This document shows positions 1-63,826 of a DNA stretch of 64,000 nucleotides, in pieces. The stretch lies in assembly GCF_009914755.1 (NCBI RefSeq), contig NC_060925.1, one strand, 5' to 3'. The translations under genes were made by a program, and so were the position numbers. Below the pieces are notes generated by a model. That model searched no databases. It was not told the DNA's origin and was given only the letters and a program-made list of their open reading frames with translations. Each line of letters begins with the position of its first letter. Position 1 is the first letter of the stretch. This DNA is from the human T2T-CHM13v2.0 reference genome, Homo sapiens.

Positions 1-186
1 GACTCCCCCTGCCTCCTGCTACAACACTCCTTCATTAAGCAATAGGGCTCAGGATTCCAGCATAGGATGGAAAGGGAGTGGGAACTCTGCAGAATCTGGG
101 CACACCCAAAGAACAGGCCAGACACGAAGCCAGAAGTAGCTGCCCCACTATAAGCCCTGTGAGCAAAGCTATAAACCGCACCTGGC

Positions 187-233
187 ACCTAGGAAAACCC
201 ACCTAGGAAACCACCTATAAACCACCTAGGAAA
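187..233 (+). repeat. Short tandem repeat of CACCTAGGAAA(C)-like units (4 copies)
   Basis: cacctaggaaaac ccacctaggaaa ccacctataaa ccacctaggaaa. Confidence 0.8.
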
Positions 234-479
234 CATCCCCAGGCCAACAAAGCAGGTGCTGCCAGGCAGGTCTCCTGCCCTTCTGGCTATTGTAGTCTGG
301 CAGCAATTAAACCCTTTCCTTTCTGTCCTGCATTTGAAGACCTCCTCTGTAGTTTACAAAGTACTTTCACAAACACAAACACTACAGGCAGAATCTTGCC
401 AATGGCCTCCTAACAGAAAAAAGGAAGATGTTAGTTGCCCTCTTTTACAGATGAAGAAACTAAGCCACGGAGCTGTTAA

Positions 480-1520
480 AGGACTTCATTCAGCACGCAT
501 TTTCAGAGTGACAATATTGTACTAGGCTCTGTAGTAGATCTGAGGACACAAGTAAATGAAGTCCTGCCCTTAAGGGGCCCACAGATAATTGTGATACAAT
601 CTGATCAGTGCCATCAGAAAAATCTACTTATGTGCTATCAAGGAAGCTTAGATGGAGGAATTTGTGCTGTTTGCAGAATGAATAAATGAACAATGTATGA
701 AGTGGGTCAAGGAAAGCTTCCTGGAGGAAGTGGCAGTGATATTGGAAATGGTCCTTGAAGGATGCATAGACATTTTCCAAAAGGCAGGCAGGGAAGGACA
801 CTCCAGACAGAAGAGAGAAGAAAGACAAACGCACAGACTTAAGAGTGAGCATAGTGCATTCAGGGAATGAGTTAAACCGCAGAGCCAAGAATGCAGTGTG
901 AACCCAGAAAGGCAGGCCCTCTATACACTCGTTGACCAAGCACCTCTCCCCCTGCATTTCAGTTAGCCGTGAGGTATCAGTGTCTAAGAGTAGTTTCTGT
1001 CTAGCATCTCCCCCACCCAACAGTAAGCTCCCCAGGGGCAGACACTGCGCCTCACTCATCATGGCACCCCAGGGCCCAGCACAGTGCCTGGCACCTGCAA
1101 GCCTCCACAAATATTTGGACAAATGAACACCACTCTAAAGAGTTTTGTTGGGGCTTTATGCCGGAGAAAACAGAGCACTATAGAAGGGTTTCCAATAGGA
1201 GAGGAACGTGATGAGAACCTTGTTTAGAGAAGTAACCAGAGGCGGTGTGGAGGATGAGCCAGTGAGGGAGGCAGTAGCCCAGGTGCTGGGCAGGCAGGGC
1301 ATGAACCAGACAGCACACTTGGGGATGAAGAGAACGGAATGGATTCTGAAGCTATTTCAGAGATAGACCAGACATGACTTGGTGACTAATTAGATTAGGA
1401 AAGAGATGGAGGAGGAGTGAGGAAAGTGTTCAGAATGACTCGGGTTTCTAGCTTTTGCACAAGATGAAGGAGGTGGAGCCAACTGAGACAGAATCCAGGC
1501 TGCACAGGAAGTTTGGGGAA
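480..1520. mobile_element. LINE-2 fragments (nested) in PEF1 intron 1
   Basis: L2-like text (ggaaagcttcctggaggaagtgg, agcacagtgcctggcac, gacttggtgactaattagat); boundaries approximate. Confidence 0.55.
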
Positions 1521-3570
1521 GAAGATGAGGTGGTCCCCACCTCACAGAGGGTCACCCAGTGTCACTGAGTTGTTAGCAAAGGTCTGAACCAGAAATGAAA
1601 AACAGCATCCCTGACTCCACGTTCTTTTACACTACTCCATGCTCCCAGCCCTTTTTAGAGTTTTTCCAAGAGTTATTTCATACTGATAAACAGGATTGTG
1701 AAGGCAGGTGGAGGGGAAGGACAGGAAGAGTTCAGTAACTGCAGCTTCTGAAGCAACACAGAAAAACTATCTCTAGGGCTCTGGCTGATTGCAAATAAGC
1801 TACATCTGATGCCCTGGGGGGACTGGGGGCAACAAACATTTACTGAGGCTCTGCTAGGTGCTTCCAGTTCAACCAGCTCTCACTAATCCTCAGTCCTGTG
1901 AGGTAAACAGTGTCATCTCCATTTTGCAGATGAGAAAATTAAGGGGCAGAGAGTTTAATAACATGCCTGAGATCATGCAGCTAGAATGGGCAAGTTGGGA
2001 TTCAAGTCAGGGTCTGCATGACTCTACACTACCCCCTTCTGTTTGTTCACTCAATAAATGAGTGAGTGCCTAGCATGTGTCTGTGTGAGGGACTGTGCTA
2101 AATGTCTTTGTCAAATATAATGAATTTCTACTGTGGACAGAGGTAGAGGGGAAGGCTGGATTGGGTGATCTCTCAGAGCCTTCAAGCCCAGAAATCAGGG
2201 ACTCTTAGAAAAATCTCATTCTTTTTCGTCCCAGCACCTAGAGTCACTTTGAGAGCCAAGCCACATTTTGGAAGACACCCCAAAGACTCTTCAGTTCAAC
2301 CTCTCAGTTAATAATGGAATCTCTGCAGAACCACCTGGAATCTCTACCTGCACTTGCGCAAGCAGTAGGGAGCTTACCTCCTCCCAAATAACCACCTCAG
2401 AAAGTCCGGTATTTTTTTTTTCTTTCCAGTTCTGAGGACTCAAGTCTTCTAACCTCAAGACCCCTGTGAAGCTTAAAGGTATCAACGGCTGTTCCAAGCT
2501 GAGCCCTGATGACGAATGGAGGAGGGAGCATTGCAAAGACAGGTTTGTACCCCAGAGCTACCCTTCAAGTGCACAGGAGGAGGTGGGAAGCCCAAACTAA
2601 GGGGTTAAACAATCACAGGAAGACAAGAGGAACAGTTCAAGCATTCACCAGCAGAGCCACTTGAAATAGGAGAGAAGCACGCAACCAATAAACAATGAGC
2701 CAAGAACCATCCCCAGACTTCAATTACCTCTGTGCTCACACTTTCAAATCTTTCCAGCTTCATCACTCCTGAGCTACAGACCCACATATCCAGCAGCCTA
2801 CTGGACCTTCCCTCCAAACCCATGCCTCCCTGTGTTCTCATCTCAGTGAATGGAGCTCCGTTCTGCTTAATCATCCAAACCTAAGGCCAAGTTTTCTCAA
2901 ATCTACCTCCCAAGTGCTTCTCAAATCTCCTCTACCAGGTCACAGTTCTCTTTAGCCTAGATTACCTCAATAGCGTCAAAACCGGTATCCCTGCCTCCTG
3001 TCTCTCCTGCTTCAATCCATTCTCACAGCACCCCACAGTAAGCACTCCAAAGCACAAATGGGACAAAACACTTCACTGGCTCCCTCACTACTCTTAGGAT
3101 GAAGTCACACTCCCCAAAAAGGCATACAAGGCCCTTTGGGATCTGGCCCTTGCTTACCTTTCTAGTCTTATTTCCTACCCCTTTCCCCCACATCACTACA
3201 ACTACACTGAACTTCTTAAAGTTCCTCCAAAATACTAGGCTGTCTTACCTGCTTCATGGGCTTTGTGCAGCTATTTCCTCTGCTGGAATAGCATTCCTTT
3301 CTTCACTCAGCTAATTTCTACCAGTGATTCAGTTGTTGGCTTAAATATCACCTCTTTTAAAAATGCACCCCTAGACTGAGTTAGGTATCTCACTCTCCCG
3401 TGCTGTACCTTACACTTACTCCCATTGAATACTTATCACATTGCCTCTTCAATCTGCATAACTGCATTACTCCTCCACTTGGAGTATTCTACATGCCCAA
3501 CACCATACCTAGCACTTTACGTGGATTTTCTCATTTAATCTTTAGAGTAATTCTGAGGTAGATACTATTA

Positions 3571-4009
<439 letters not shown>

Positions 4010-4629
4010 CTAAGCTCTTAAGCACTGAAATCCACCAAGCTCGTTCCCCCATAGGACCAAAGGGTGCTTGAATTTTACTACTCCAATACCCAGTCCCTGC
4101 TTGGGTACCCTGGACTGGAAGCAGTGGAAAATTACAGGAATTCTGACTCCTAACAATAGGCTGGAATCCTCCAAAGCTATGTAGTGGGTGGAGGGGAGGC
4201 AGCACTGACTGAGATGCTTTAAAACAACTCGTTTCCTTTCTTAGAACACCTGAGACCAGGAGGCGGACAAGGGTATGGTAGGAAAAAAAAACAACATTTC
4301 TTTTTCTATTCCAGACTCTTCTCTCTGTGCTCCTTTTCAGTATTTCACTCCAGGAATAGCCCAGGCAGCATGGCATCATGAGAGCAGTCACGGCAGCAAG
4401 AGCTGCCACCAGACACTGGCATGTACTAGGCACTAGCAACACGCCAGGCTCCCTGCATTTTAACCTCATTTTAGCCCTTTTCACAGGTATTATTTCTCCC
4501 TTTATACAGGTGAGGAAGCTGAGGCTCAGAGCCCTTAGTTTGTCCAGGGGTATATAACTATTAAGTAATACAGCTAGAATTCTAGCACAGTTCTGTCTAA
4601 CCTGTCACTGCTTTTAGGATGCACACAAA

Positions 4630-4755
4630 TTGTCCCTAATGCTTATTAGCATGTAGATTCCTGGGTACAGAACAGGTCTGAAGTGGGACCCAAAAGTGTG
4701 CTTTCTTAAACAAGCTCTCAGCTGATTCTGAGGCAGAAGACCAGCCACTGGGAAA
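4630..4755. mobile_element. MER5-like DNA transposon relic
   Basis: gattcctggg...ggtctgaagtgggaccc...aaacaagctc...tgattctga signature. Confidence 0.55.
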
Positions 4756-6049
4756 CAAGGCGCTATGAATGTTTTTTCAGCCTGTGTTCCTCAGAAATAC
4801 TAGAGTCAAAAAAGTGACCAGACATCTGAAAAGAAAGCCGGGAGGCGGAGTTTCTATGGTTAGATATGTTTAAGAAATACTGCATATTATATTCCTTTCT
4901 GGATGATTTACAATGTACATTAGCAAATTAAGGATTCTGAAATAGCTTGTGGTCAATAAACTTATTCAGCTATACTTAAAGAGTATTTCCAAAACTTTAG
5001 TTAACTACAGAATCCTCCTATATTAACAATATCTATTAAAACCTCCCAAGACTCAGCAAATGGAATGGACTTTAGGAAGCAACTGCTATGCTACACTTCC
5101 TAACTCCAGCCCGCACTGGCCTCTCTCTTTCCTACCTCTCTCTAAGGATGCAATAAGAGAAGTCCTAAGCTCTGGTCATGGCCTCACCCTCACTTACTAC
5201 GTGTGACTTTTGGGAAGCCACTTAACCTCTTTGGGTTTGCTCCTCAGCAGTTAATTAGGGGTAATAATACCTGCATGCCGATAGGGACTTCATGATTAGG
5301 ATAATGGAGGTCCAAACACTGTGTAACCCGCACAAGACTGCACTCCCTGGAAGGACTGTTACATCTTTTGGCCTGTGACTAAACTCAGTTGAGCACTGTG
5401 TAATATACCAATTGATCTTGTTTTCCCACATTTCGTTTATGGATTTCATCTCCTAAATAACTGTGTGATCGCAGCCCTCTGTGGGCTTCATTTCCTCCTC
5501 TGTAAAATGAGGGCTCTATTTTGAGGACCCTCCGGGCACTGGCCTTTTAGAAGTCTACTAAAAATCAAAATGCTAAAGGGCAACACATGTTACACCTCAC
5601 TATGTACCAAACGCTTCGTAAGCATCACCTCCTGACTCTCCACAACAGCTTTATGAGGCAGATCCTATTATTCGGCCCTATTTTACAGGCGGAAACTTGG
5701 ACTCAGAAAGGCAAAACAGCTTGCTCAAGGGCTCACAACTATTTAGGTGGTAGAGCTAAGATATGAACCTACCTCTGACACCAAAGTGCACTTCAACACC
5801 CTACTATCACCCAACAAAGAATTCTGGCCACAGAATCACCTTGCTGCGGTATTCCTGACTGAATCAAGATACGCTGGGGAAGAGGCATCTGAAGATAACC
5901 CGGGTTCTGACCTCGGCCCTGCTGCCTAACTGCCTGGTGACTTCAGGTAAGTTCTGTGTCTTCTCGGGGTTCACTTTTCTACACGCGAAATGGCGGTGTT
6001 GAACTAAGTCAGTGGTCAAACCAGCTCACTTGTGGCGCCTGCTACAACC

Positions 6050-7030
6050 AGAGTTTCCTGATGACTCTGATGCAGTGTGGGGTGGGTCCGGAAGCCTGGA
6101 TTTTTATCCGACGCCCCAAATGAGATCGGCGGAACCAGAACTCTAAACCTCCGGTCATGGCTGATGCCCCCGCCCAAGGCCCCCATGAGGGCCTTGGGAG
6201 GCTGTGGAGCCCAGGCCAGCGCCAGCCTGGACCTGTGGGGTCCAAGGTCCCCAAATCCTCGAGTGAGCGACGTCAAGGGGGCGCGACACGACCTCGCGAA
6301 TGTGCGGTCCTTCATGACGTGAGCAGGGCGCGACCGACGGTCCCTTTTCGGTTCTCTACAGCGCAAGGCCTCGCTGAAGCGAACCCATCGTGGGAAGGGC
6401 GCGGAGAAAGCGGGGAGAAAGAGCAGGGGGACGTCGGGCCTGCGCCTGGCACCGCCGCTACCTGGATTCGCGGGCCCCTCACACACTCACCTGCCGGTAA
6501 GGATAGCTGGCCATGGTGATTCTGACGTCACACTCAGGCAAGGGGTGGGGCTTTCCGCTCTCAAACCCGCCCCTCGTCTCGGCTTTGGGGCTGGGCCCGC
6601 ATCTGATTGGACGTCCGCGCCTGTCAATCTTGGGTGCTGTCGGCCGACGGAAGTGACGATGGGGGCGGTGGGCGGATGCCTACCCGAGAGACCAGGGGAG
6701 CTAAGTGATTGATGGAGCTTCCGGAAGTCTTGGCGGCTGTACCAGCGCTAATGTTCCTCCTTTTCCTGAGGTGGAGTGGGCCGAAGAGGTGGTCAGGTTG
6801 GGAAATTTAGTGAGAAGCCTGGGTGGGGTGTTGCTGCGGTAGCCATGTTATAACCTGGCAAGTGGGACGCATGATAGTGACGTAATTGCTGGAGTAGCTC
6901 CTGAGTTTCCGCAGATGAGCCGCGGGAAAGGAGACGAGGGGCGGTGGCCAGGCGGTTGCCCTGACAACGGGGAACCGACCGACTCTTCCCGGTAGGGAGA
7001 GGCGATGGCGGAATTACTCCTCTAATGTCA
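6050..7030. promoter_or_regulatory. CpG-island bidirectional promoter of PEF1 and a divergent transcript
   Basis: High CpG density; palindromic CRE TGACGTCA 6523-6530; CCAAT box (ATTGG 6606-6610); ETS/GABPA sites CGGAAGTG 6648-6655 and TTCCGGAAGT 6719-6728; GC boxes; RFX X-box-like GTTGCCCTGACAAC 6955-6968. Confidence 0.88.
6491..6514 (-). CDS. PEF1: PEF1 (peflin, penta-EF-hand protein 1) first coding exon MASYPYRQ; the gene continues beyond the left edge (1-6490 is intron 1)
   Basis: The minus strand reads ACC ATG GCC AGC TAT CCT TAC CGG CAG|GTGAGT: strong Kozak, consensus donor, inside a CpG island. The peptide matches the peflin N-terminus as I recall it, and PEF1 is the known neighbour of COL16A1. 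Confidence 0.93.
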
Positions 7031-7789
7031 AGGTACTGGGTACCAGTTAGTACCCTTGTAGTGGGATACAGATCTGTGGTCTTTGGAGAAAAAAACCCCA
7101 GATCATTAGAGTTGGAGGAAAATTGAATTATCTAGTGCCTCTTTCTTCATAAATGGGGAAACTGAGGTGCAGAGAGGCAGTTGCCTTGCCCTAGCTCACA
7201 GTGGGTCGCCTAGAACCGGGGTCAATGGATGTCCAGTTCTCAGCAGGGAGGTCTAGGTCGGTCCCCATCGTAGGTCAAATCCTGGTGACCGAGTGATCTC
7301 AGCACCATGTACTTGCCACTCAGTGGTTCCGTTTCTACACTTATTTGTGTGCTTATTTGATTTCTTTGTCAAGTTCTTTCATGTGGGCTAGGGTTTTGTC
7401 TGTTTTTGCTTGTCATTATAACTCCAGTACCTAGTATAGCGACTGACACGATTATTAAAATAAATGAATAAATGAATGTTACGAACTGTTATCCAGTCTA
7501 GTCCATCTATCTAACCAAGTGCACTTTCCAAAATCACAGTGCTGATCATGCCACTTGCCCACTACACAGCCTACAATGGATGCTCTTCATCCACGCCTAC
7601 AAAATAAGGCCCAATCTCTTCATTCTGGTACTCCAGGCCCTTCAGAATCTGGCCCAGCCTCAACTTTCCAATCTTACGGCCCCTTCTGCTACTCTGTATT
7701 TCTGTGCTCAGTTCCACCATTCAGCACTTCTGCTTTGGAGGGAGGATCTTTGTTTTATCACTTTCTAACTGTATCACCTTAGGCAGGTT

Positions 7790-8182
7790 TTTTGTTTGTT
7801 TGTTTTTAATTTCCAACTTTTAAGATCAGGGGTATATGAGCAGGATGTGGTTTGTTACATAGGTAAATGTGTGCCATGGTGGTTTGTCGCACACATCATC
7901 CCATCACCCAAGTGTTAAGCCCAGCATCCATTAGCTATTCTTCCTGATGCTCTCCCTCTTCCCACCTCCCTCTACGCTCCGACAGACCCCAGTGGTGTAT
8001 GTGCTCTCCTCATTCAGCTCCCACTTATAAGTGGTAACATGCGGTGTTTGGTTTTCTGTTTCTCTGTTAGTTTGCTGAGGATAATGGCTTCCAATTCCAT
8101 CCACGTCCCTGCAAAGGACATGATCTTGTTCCTTTTTTATGGCTGCATAGTATTCCACAGTGTATATCTACCACATTTTATT
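7790..8182 (-). mobile_element. 5'-truncated L1 (old L1PA/L1PB-type) 3' end
   Basis: L1 3'UTR/ORF2-end text (MEYYAAIK, gtttgttacataggtaaatgtgtgccatggtggtttg), T-rich tail at left, TSD TTAGGCARGTT. Confidence 0.9.
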
Positions 8183-8519
8183 TAGGCAAGTTATTTAACC
8201 TCTCTAAATTTCACTTTTCTTAGCTGACAGGAACAAATGTGTAAATTTGAAAATGAGCTTATTATACCTGCTCATGCCCCAAACTTAGGTTCAAACCACT
8301 CCTTTCACCTGGACCAGCAGCCCTCCCAACTCCAGTCCTGCAAGGCTCAGTTCCAATTCCATTCTCCACCTAACCCTCCCACATTCCCCTTAGCTCCAGA
8401 GTTAGCCACTCTCTCTTGCCACTCCCCCTTTGCACTTGGTACTGTCACTGTGTGGTATTCCAGCCTGCCTTGTATAAGAGTTTTCTTTTGGTGTTTTCCC
8501 CAAAACCCATTCCTCTCCA

Positions 8520-9320
8520 TCTCAGAAAATCCACCCAGTCTCTCAGGCCAAAAACCTAAGATCATTCCTGTGTGTCCTTTTTTTCTCCACACACTCCCTC
8601 ACCTCCCTCATCTCCATTTGCTCTAATTCAAACATGTACACATCTGCTCTTTTCTCCCTGTTCGCACTATCACTGTAGTCCAAGACACTATCATCCGTGC
8701 CTGGATCACTACAATAGCCGACTGACCAATGTTCCTGCTCTCACTCTTCTCCCCACGCTTCATTTTCTCCACAGGCAGCCAGAGTGGTTATCTTATTCCT
8801 TGGCTTCAACTCCCTGGGGACTTCCCATCACTCTTATAATAAAAGCTAAACTCATCCTAATGACATTCATGGCCACACATACCAGCATCTCCAGCCTCAT
8901 TTCTTGCTGTTGCTGTCCCCCTTGCCTCATTCCAGCCATGCCGGCCTGGTTGTGCCATTCCTGGAATGTACAGAGCTCATTCCTGGATGTTGGCTTTGGC
9001 TGGTCTCTGACTGCCTGCTCATTCCTGCCTCCAGGTCTTTGGACTAGCTTTTCCCTCTGTCTGGGATAGTCTTCCCTTGACTTTTCACTGGTTGGCTTCT
9101 CCTTATCATCCAGGTCTCAGTTCAGATATCACCTGGGGTGGGGGGAGTTTCTTGACACTGCCCCCCAAGCATTCCCATCATCTATCTTATTTTTTCATAA
9201 TACATGTCACTAGTTGAATTGTCCACTTTGTTTACATGTATATTGTAGAATTGTCATTTTCTTACATAGTCCTCTAACCTCAGCACCTAGAATAGTGCCT
9301 AGCATGAATTCAATGTTAGT
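8520..9320. mobile_element. LINE-2 fragment
   Basis: L2 pyrimidine-rich body ending in agcacctagaatagtgcctagca; boundaries approximate. Confidence 0.55.
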
Positions 9321-9494
9321 AGTTATTATTATCATGTATTGAGTGCTTACTAGGTGCCAGACGTTGTGCTAAGTACTATGTGTTGTTTAATTTTCACCAC
9401 AGTCTTTTGAGATAGAGACTATTACCCATTTATAATGAGGAGCTGAGGCTCAGAGAGGTTAAGTGACCTTCCTGTTATCAAAAAGATAAATGGA

Positions 9495-9847
<353 letters not shown>

Positions 9848-10941
9848 CTACTCAGTATTTAATAGTTAGTAGATTGTGTCTTCTTTACCTTCCTAACCCC
9901 CCAGTTCAAAAAATATTGGTGGAATTGAGCTGCAAAACTTCAGAAGGGAAGAAGGTTGAAGGTCAAGTGGGTATTTGCCTGGAGAGAGAACAGTGACAAG
10001 CTGGCCTGCAAACTGGAGTCATGTGACACACACTCATTTATTCCACAAACATATGATCCCATTGGGTTCCCACCTCTTGCCAGGCTCTGTTCTAGGTGAT
10101 GAGAATCCAACTCCTATGAGAATTATTTGCCCCCATTCCCCTATGCCCAGCAAAGGGCTTAGGAGAACTATCTGTGGGAGGTCTGTGCTATTTCGTGGAT
10201 GGAGCATCCACATCTTCTCTTAGGGAGTCAGGAACGTGCCAAAGCCAACAGCCAGGGCTGTGCCTCTGAGGACCCACACAGGCCCAGGTATGTTTGTTTT
10301 GGAGGGGGCTGGATAAAAGAGAGATCAGGATCTTCCTAAGACTGAAAAACAATCAACTCACTTCCAAAACCTCATCTACCTGAGGCAGACAGAGGTGGGT
10401 GGAGAAGTTCCTGTTATTGTTTCACTTGTAGCCCAAGGGGAAAGCATGGATTCCAGACTTTTTTTAGAACACAGAGCACTTTCCTGAGTTCGTGGAAGCC
10501 CTGCGGTTGACCCATTAGGGGTGAGGCAGAGCTTGGTAATGAAAAGCCCATCCACTGGAAAATATTGCCTCCCCTAGAGACACAGCCTCCCAGGAGCCAC
10601 TTGGCTCGCACCAAGCTTCTGTAAGGCTTACTGAGAAGGAATACCAACACCCACCTAATTATTATGGAATTAATTCTCTTTGATTCCAACTAGATCCAGT
10701 TCTGAAATTTAAATTCCAGTTGGATGCTGTGGATCAGAGGATGATTTGCAACTTTCCACAGAAGCAACAGAGGAATGAGAACAGCAGACGTGGCAATTTG
10801 GCCACACTCCCCTTCCATTATGGGATCATAAGTAGAGTACATTGACATCGTCTATTCCCATAAACTGTTCAGGACAGCCACAAAAAAGATCTAGTCCTTT
10901 GGGATCTCCAGCACCAAAAAAAAAAAAAAAAAAATATCCAT

Positions 10942-11245
10942 GGCCGGGCACGGTGGCTCACATCTATAATCCCAGCACTTTGGGAGGCCGAGGCAGGCAG
11001 ATCACCTGAGGTCAGGAGTTCAAGACCAGCCTAACCAACATGGTGAAACTCTGTCTCTACTAAAAATACAAAAATTAGCTGGGCATGGTGGCTTGTGCCT
11101 GTAGTCCCAGCTACTCCGGAGGCTGAGGCAGGAGAATCACTCGAACCCTGGAGGTGGAGGTTGAGTGAGCCAAGATCGCACCACTGCACTCCAGCCTGAG
11201 TGACAGAGTGAGACTCTGTCCCCCCACCTCCAAAAAAAAAAAAAA
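10942..11245 (+). mobile_element. Alu (AluS-type)
   Basis: GGCCGGGCACGGTGGCTCA start, dimer, A tail. Confidence 0.95.
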
Positions 11246-13912
11246 CTAGTCTTGTAAAGGGGTTAACAGACCCCAGATGAAGAAAGAGTCTAATTAGATT
11301 CTGTTGAATTTGAGTGACAGAGGAAAATATTATGACAAAAAATGAAGATTTAAATTCCAGAAGCATCAAAGTTTAGATTTTTCTCTGCAGAATAAATACA
11401 CAGCAGCCTTTTCTCCATCTTATTGAGCAGAGGGTTTCTCAAATTAAGGACCCTCCAGTCCCATCCTTCACACTGCCATCAGCGAACTCCCCACTCGGCA
11501 AACCTGACTTGACACACCTTTGTGAGAAACCCACCAGTGGCTTCCAACTGTCTTCCCTGCTCATGCTCCAAAATCCAATCACACTGTCCTGTCTCCCGTC
11601 ACTCAGCCTGCTGCAACCAGTCATTTCTGGGCCTTGGCACGTGCTGTTCCCTCTGCCTGAATCCATCTCTTCGTCTAGACATGGTTAGGTTCCCCAGCTG
11701 TGCACTCCCCTGTACCTGGCACTGCCCTATCATCCCACTTTATTGTAGGTGCTTGTTTAACTGTCTGCTCTCCCTGTGGATGCTGTGGGAGCAGGGACCA
11801 TATCTGTCTAGTTTGCCTTGGGATCCCCAGAGCCTAGTACAGTCCCTGGGACAAAGTAGGAAGAGGAATGGACTCATCAAGTTAGACTTTTCCAATCTGA
11901 ATGATCTGTGTGCTGCCTGGAAAGCCTGGAGTAGGTTAAGAAATGAAGACAGAAGGATAATGGGGTTGGAACGTGCAAAAGCTGCCTAAGAGGAATGGAC
12001 GACACATGCCCCTCCTTGCTTTCTCTTCAGCTTACCCAGCTCCTGAACTGATGAGCAAGATCCATGGATTTCTTGCTGACCACAGTAACAGAAGAGACTA
12101 TAAAATTCAGCTTTCCATCTGGTTCTTCATGGTCCAAGAAAATACAGCAATTTCAAACTCCGGGGAGACATGCATTCAAATCATGAAAGCTTAAACCTAG
12201 CCTGTCGTAGAATCCCTTAAGAGTAGCATGAATTTGACTCAGGAAGAAAAGTGAAGAAGGCATCATTTACTCTATAAGGATCAATTCCCTGGTGACCCTT
12301 AAAGGGGATGAGTTGGATGTTTCCTCATAGCAGTTTTTCCCCTCTGGCCTTCAAAGCCAACCTGCTCAATTCCACAGCTGGTCCTTGCGTCTCTTTCTTT
12401 CTGCCAGCGCCAACATGCTCCTCATGAGAAGGCCTATCATCAGCTAGTACTCGGCAGACTAGGCTGAAAGAGGAAGCTGGCCTTCCAATGGGAGTGCTTT
12501 AACATCTGTCCTCTTCCACTGTCCAAAACCTGGCTGCTACTTCAGTACAAAAATGATGCCTTTGCTTTTTAATGTTTTATGTTAGAACCAGGGTTAACTG
12601 AGAATAGCTGGGGAGGGATGAAAAAAGAATCAGCGCCTCCTTTATCTAAAAACATCACATGAGACACTCGGGCATGCTCAGGAGTCTGATTTCATTCTTC
12701 TGGCCACCAGCACACCTTTGCTCCTGGCAGGAAAAAAAAAAATAGGGCAAAGGTTCTGAAAAGCCATCAATAGGCTGGTCTCCTGGTATTTGGGACCCAA
12801 CTAGAGAAGGGAGTTTTCAGAAATGTGCTAGAAATACCAGCTCTGCAGAGATTTGACAGCCGGTTTGAAGGCTTCAGGCAGTTTGGATAAGCATCTAGAC
12901 TTTGGGTACATTTCTGAGCCTGCTCTGTGAGTCCTTTGAAGTGTATCCAACTTGAATAAACCTTCCAGATAGCTGGGGCCAGTGAAAAAGCTTTCTTTGG
13001 AAATCCCCCTGGAAGTGCCTTGTTGCTTTCTCACAGGGCAGCCAGCCCATCAGGACAAGAGATCTAAAAAGTAGAGAAGGAAGAAGCTCAAGAGAGAATG
13101 TTTCTATAATATTCAATTCACTGTCTTTTTTCCCCTTCCTAGCCTTTTTTACATAGGGAGAAGGACACAACAGATAGATCACCAAACTCCCAGTGGACTT
13201 TGAGGACCGTGAGCTTAGATCTGCTCGTGGCTTGCCCATGAACTCTTTGTACTGATACAACCTGGCTGTTTCTAAAGGCCTAGGCTAAGATGTACAGGAA
13301 AAGTACCACGTATATTAGAATAATAAAGAAAAACAGGAGATGTTATTTGCCCTCCAGAAAGTCATTGCTGGAAGCACTTATAGAGAGCTAGTGACCATGC
13401 ATTGGTACAGGCAGAAGGTTCCATCTCATTTCCCAGAGAAGCATTCCCTGGATGCCTAGGACAGAGCTGGAGCCTGTCTTCTCTCCTGTTTGCACAGGTA
13501 TTCTAATCACAGAATTACTGGAGCATCAAGAAGTGCCTGCATGCTTGGAAGGGCTTCCAGGCAGATGAACACACCTCAGCACCGGGTGGCATTTTCCCAG
13601 GGTGCAACCCGGACCGGCTCTGGGTCACACTGACAAGGTGAAGTGGATGGGCAAAGAGTGGGTGGGGTACTGAACACGGGTTTCTTTAGGGAATCAAATA
13701 GGGAGGGACCTTTAAAGCAGGAAGTGGGACCTTCCAACGTGCTTTGGTTCACTTGAGAGAAGAGGCTGAGTGATGCTCCTTCTCTAACTCAAGAGACGTA
13801 GGCATGAAGAACAGGGCACAAGATCCTGAGGAGCAAAGGGTCATCAGCTGCCCCCATCCAGCAGAATCTCACAGCACCACTGGCTGACCACAGGCAAGGA
13901 GGGAAATACCCT

Positions 13913-14050
13913 TTATTTTTTAATTTTTATTTTTCGGAGACTGAGTCTCATTATGTTGCTTAGACTGGTCTCAAACTCCTGGGCTCAGGCGATCCTCCCA
14001 CCTCAGCCCCTTGAATAGCTAGGATTACAGGTATATGCCCCTGTACCCAA
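13913..14050 (-). mobile_element. Alu monomer (FLAM/AluJ left arm)
   Basis: T-rich tail followed by gtctcattatgttg...ctcaaactcctgggctcaggcgatcctcccacctcagcc. Confidence 0.85.
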
Positions 14051-14160
14051 AATGCCCTTTTTTGTTCCTGGGACTAAACGGGAAAAGGAGGGCAACAGGG
14101 AGCTCTGGCTGCAGCACCAGAGGAACCCACTGGAAGGGAAAGGGCAGATAGTTTTGTTTC

Positions 14161-14166
14161 TTTATT
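14161..14166 (-). terminator. COL16A1 polyadenylation signal AATAAA (a second, proximal AATAAA lies at 14256-14261)
   Basis: tttatt on the + strand about 135 nt after the stop codon. Confidence 0.8.
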
Positions 14167-14299
14167 ATTTAAAAAATATTAACAGCAATTAAAAACAACA
14201 ACAACAAAAAAAAAAACATTCACAACCTGTCACAGAGTCCTATAAGCTTTGGCCATTTATTCCCAACGGAGTCTTTCATCCAAAGGCAGGTGGGGAATT

Positions 14300-63826
<49,527 letters not shown>

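Noticed and set aside
187-233. CRISPR-like short repeats (also 42427-42520 and 26031-26080)
   Set aside because: Directly adjacent tandem units without unique spacers, eukaryotic context and no cas genes.
6016-6519. Overlapping 70-156 aa ORFs in the CpG island
   Set aside because: Stop-poor GC-rich promoter and intron DNA; the real coding segment is the 24-nt PEF1 exon closed by a consensus donor.
7931-8158. ORF MEYYAAIKK...
   Set aside because: Degenerate C-terminal end of L1 ORF2 inside the truncated L1.
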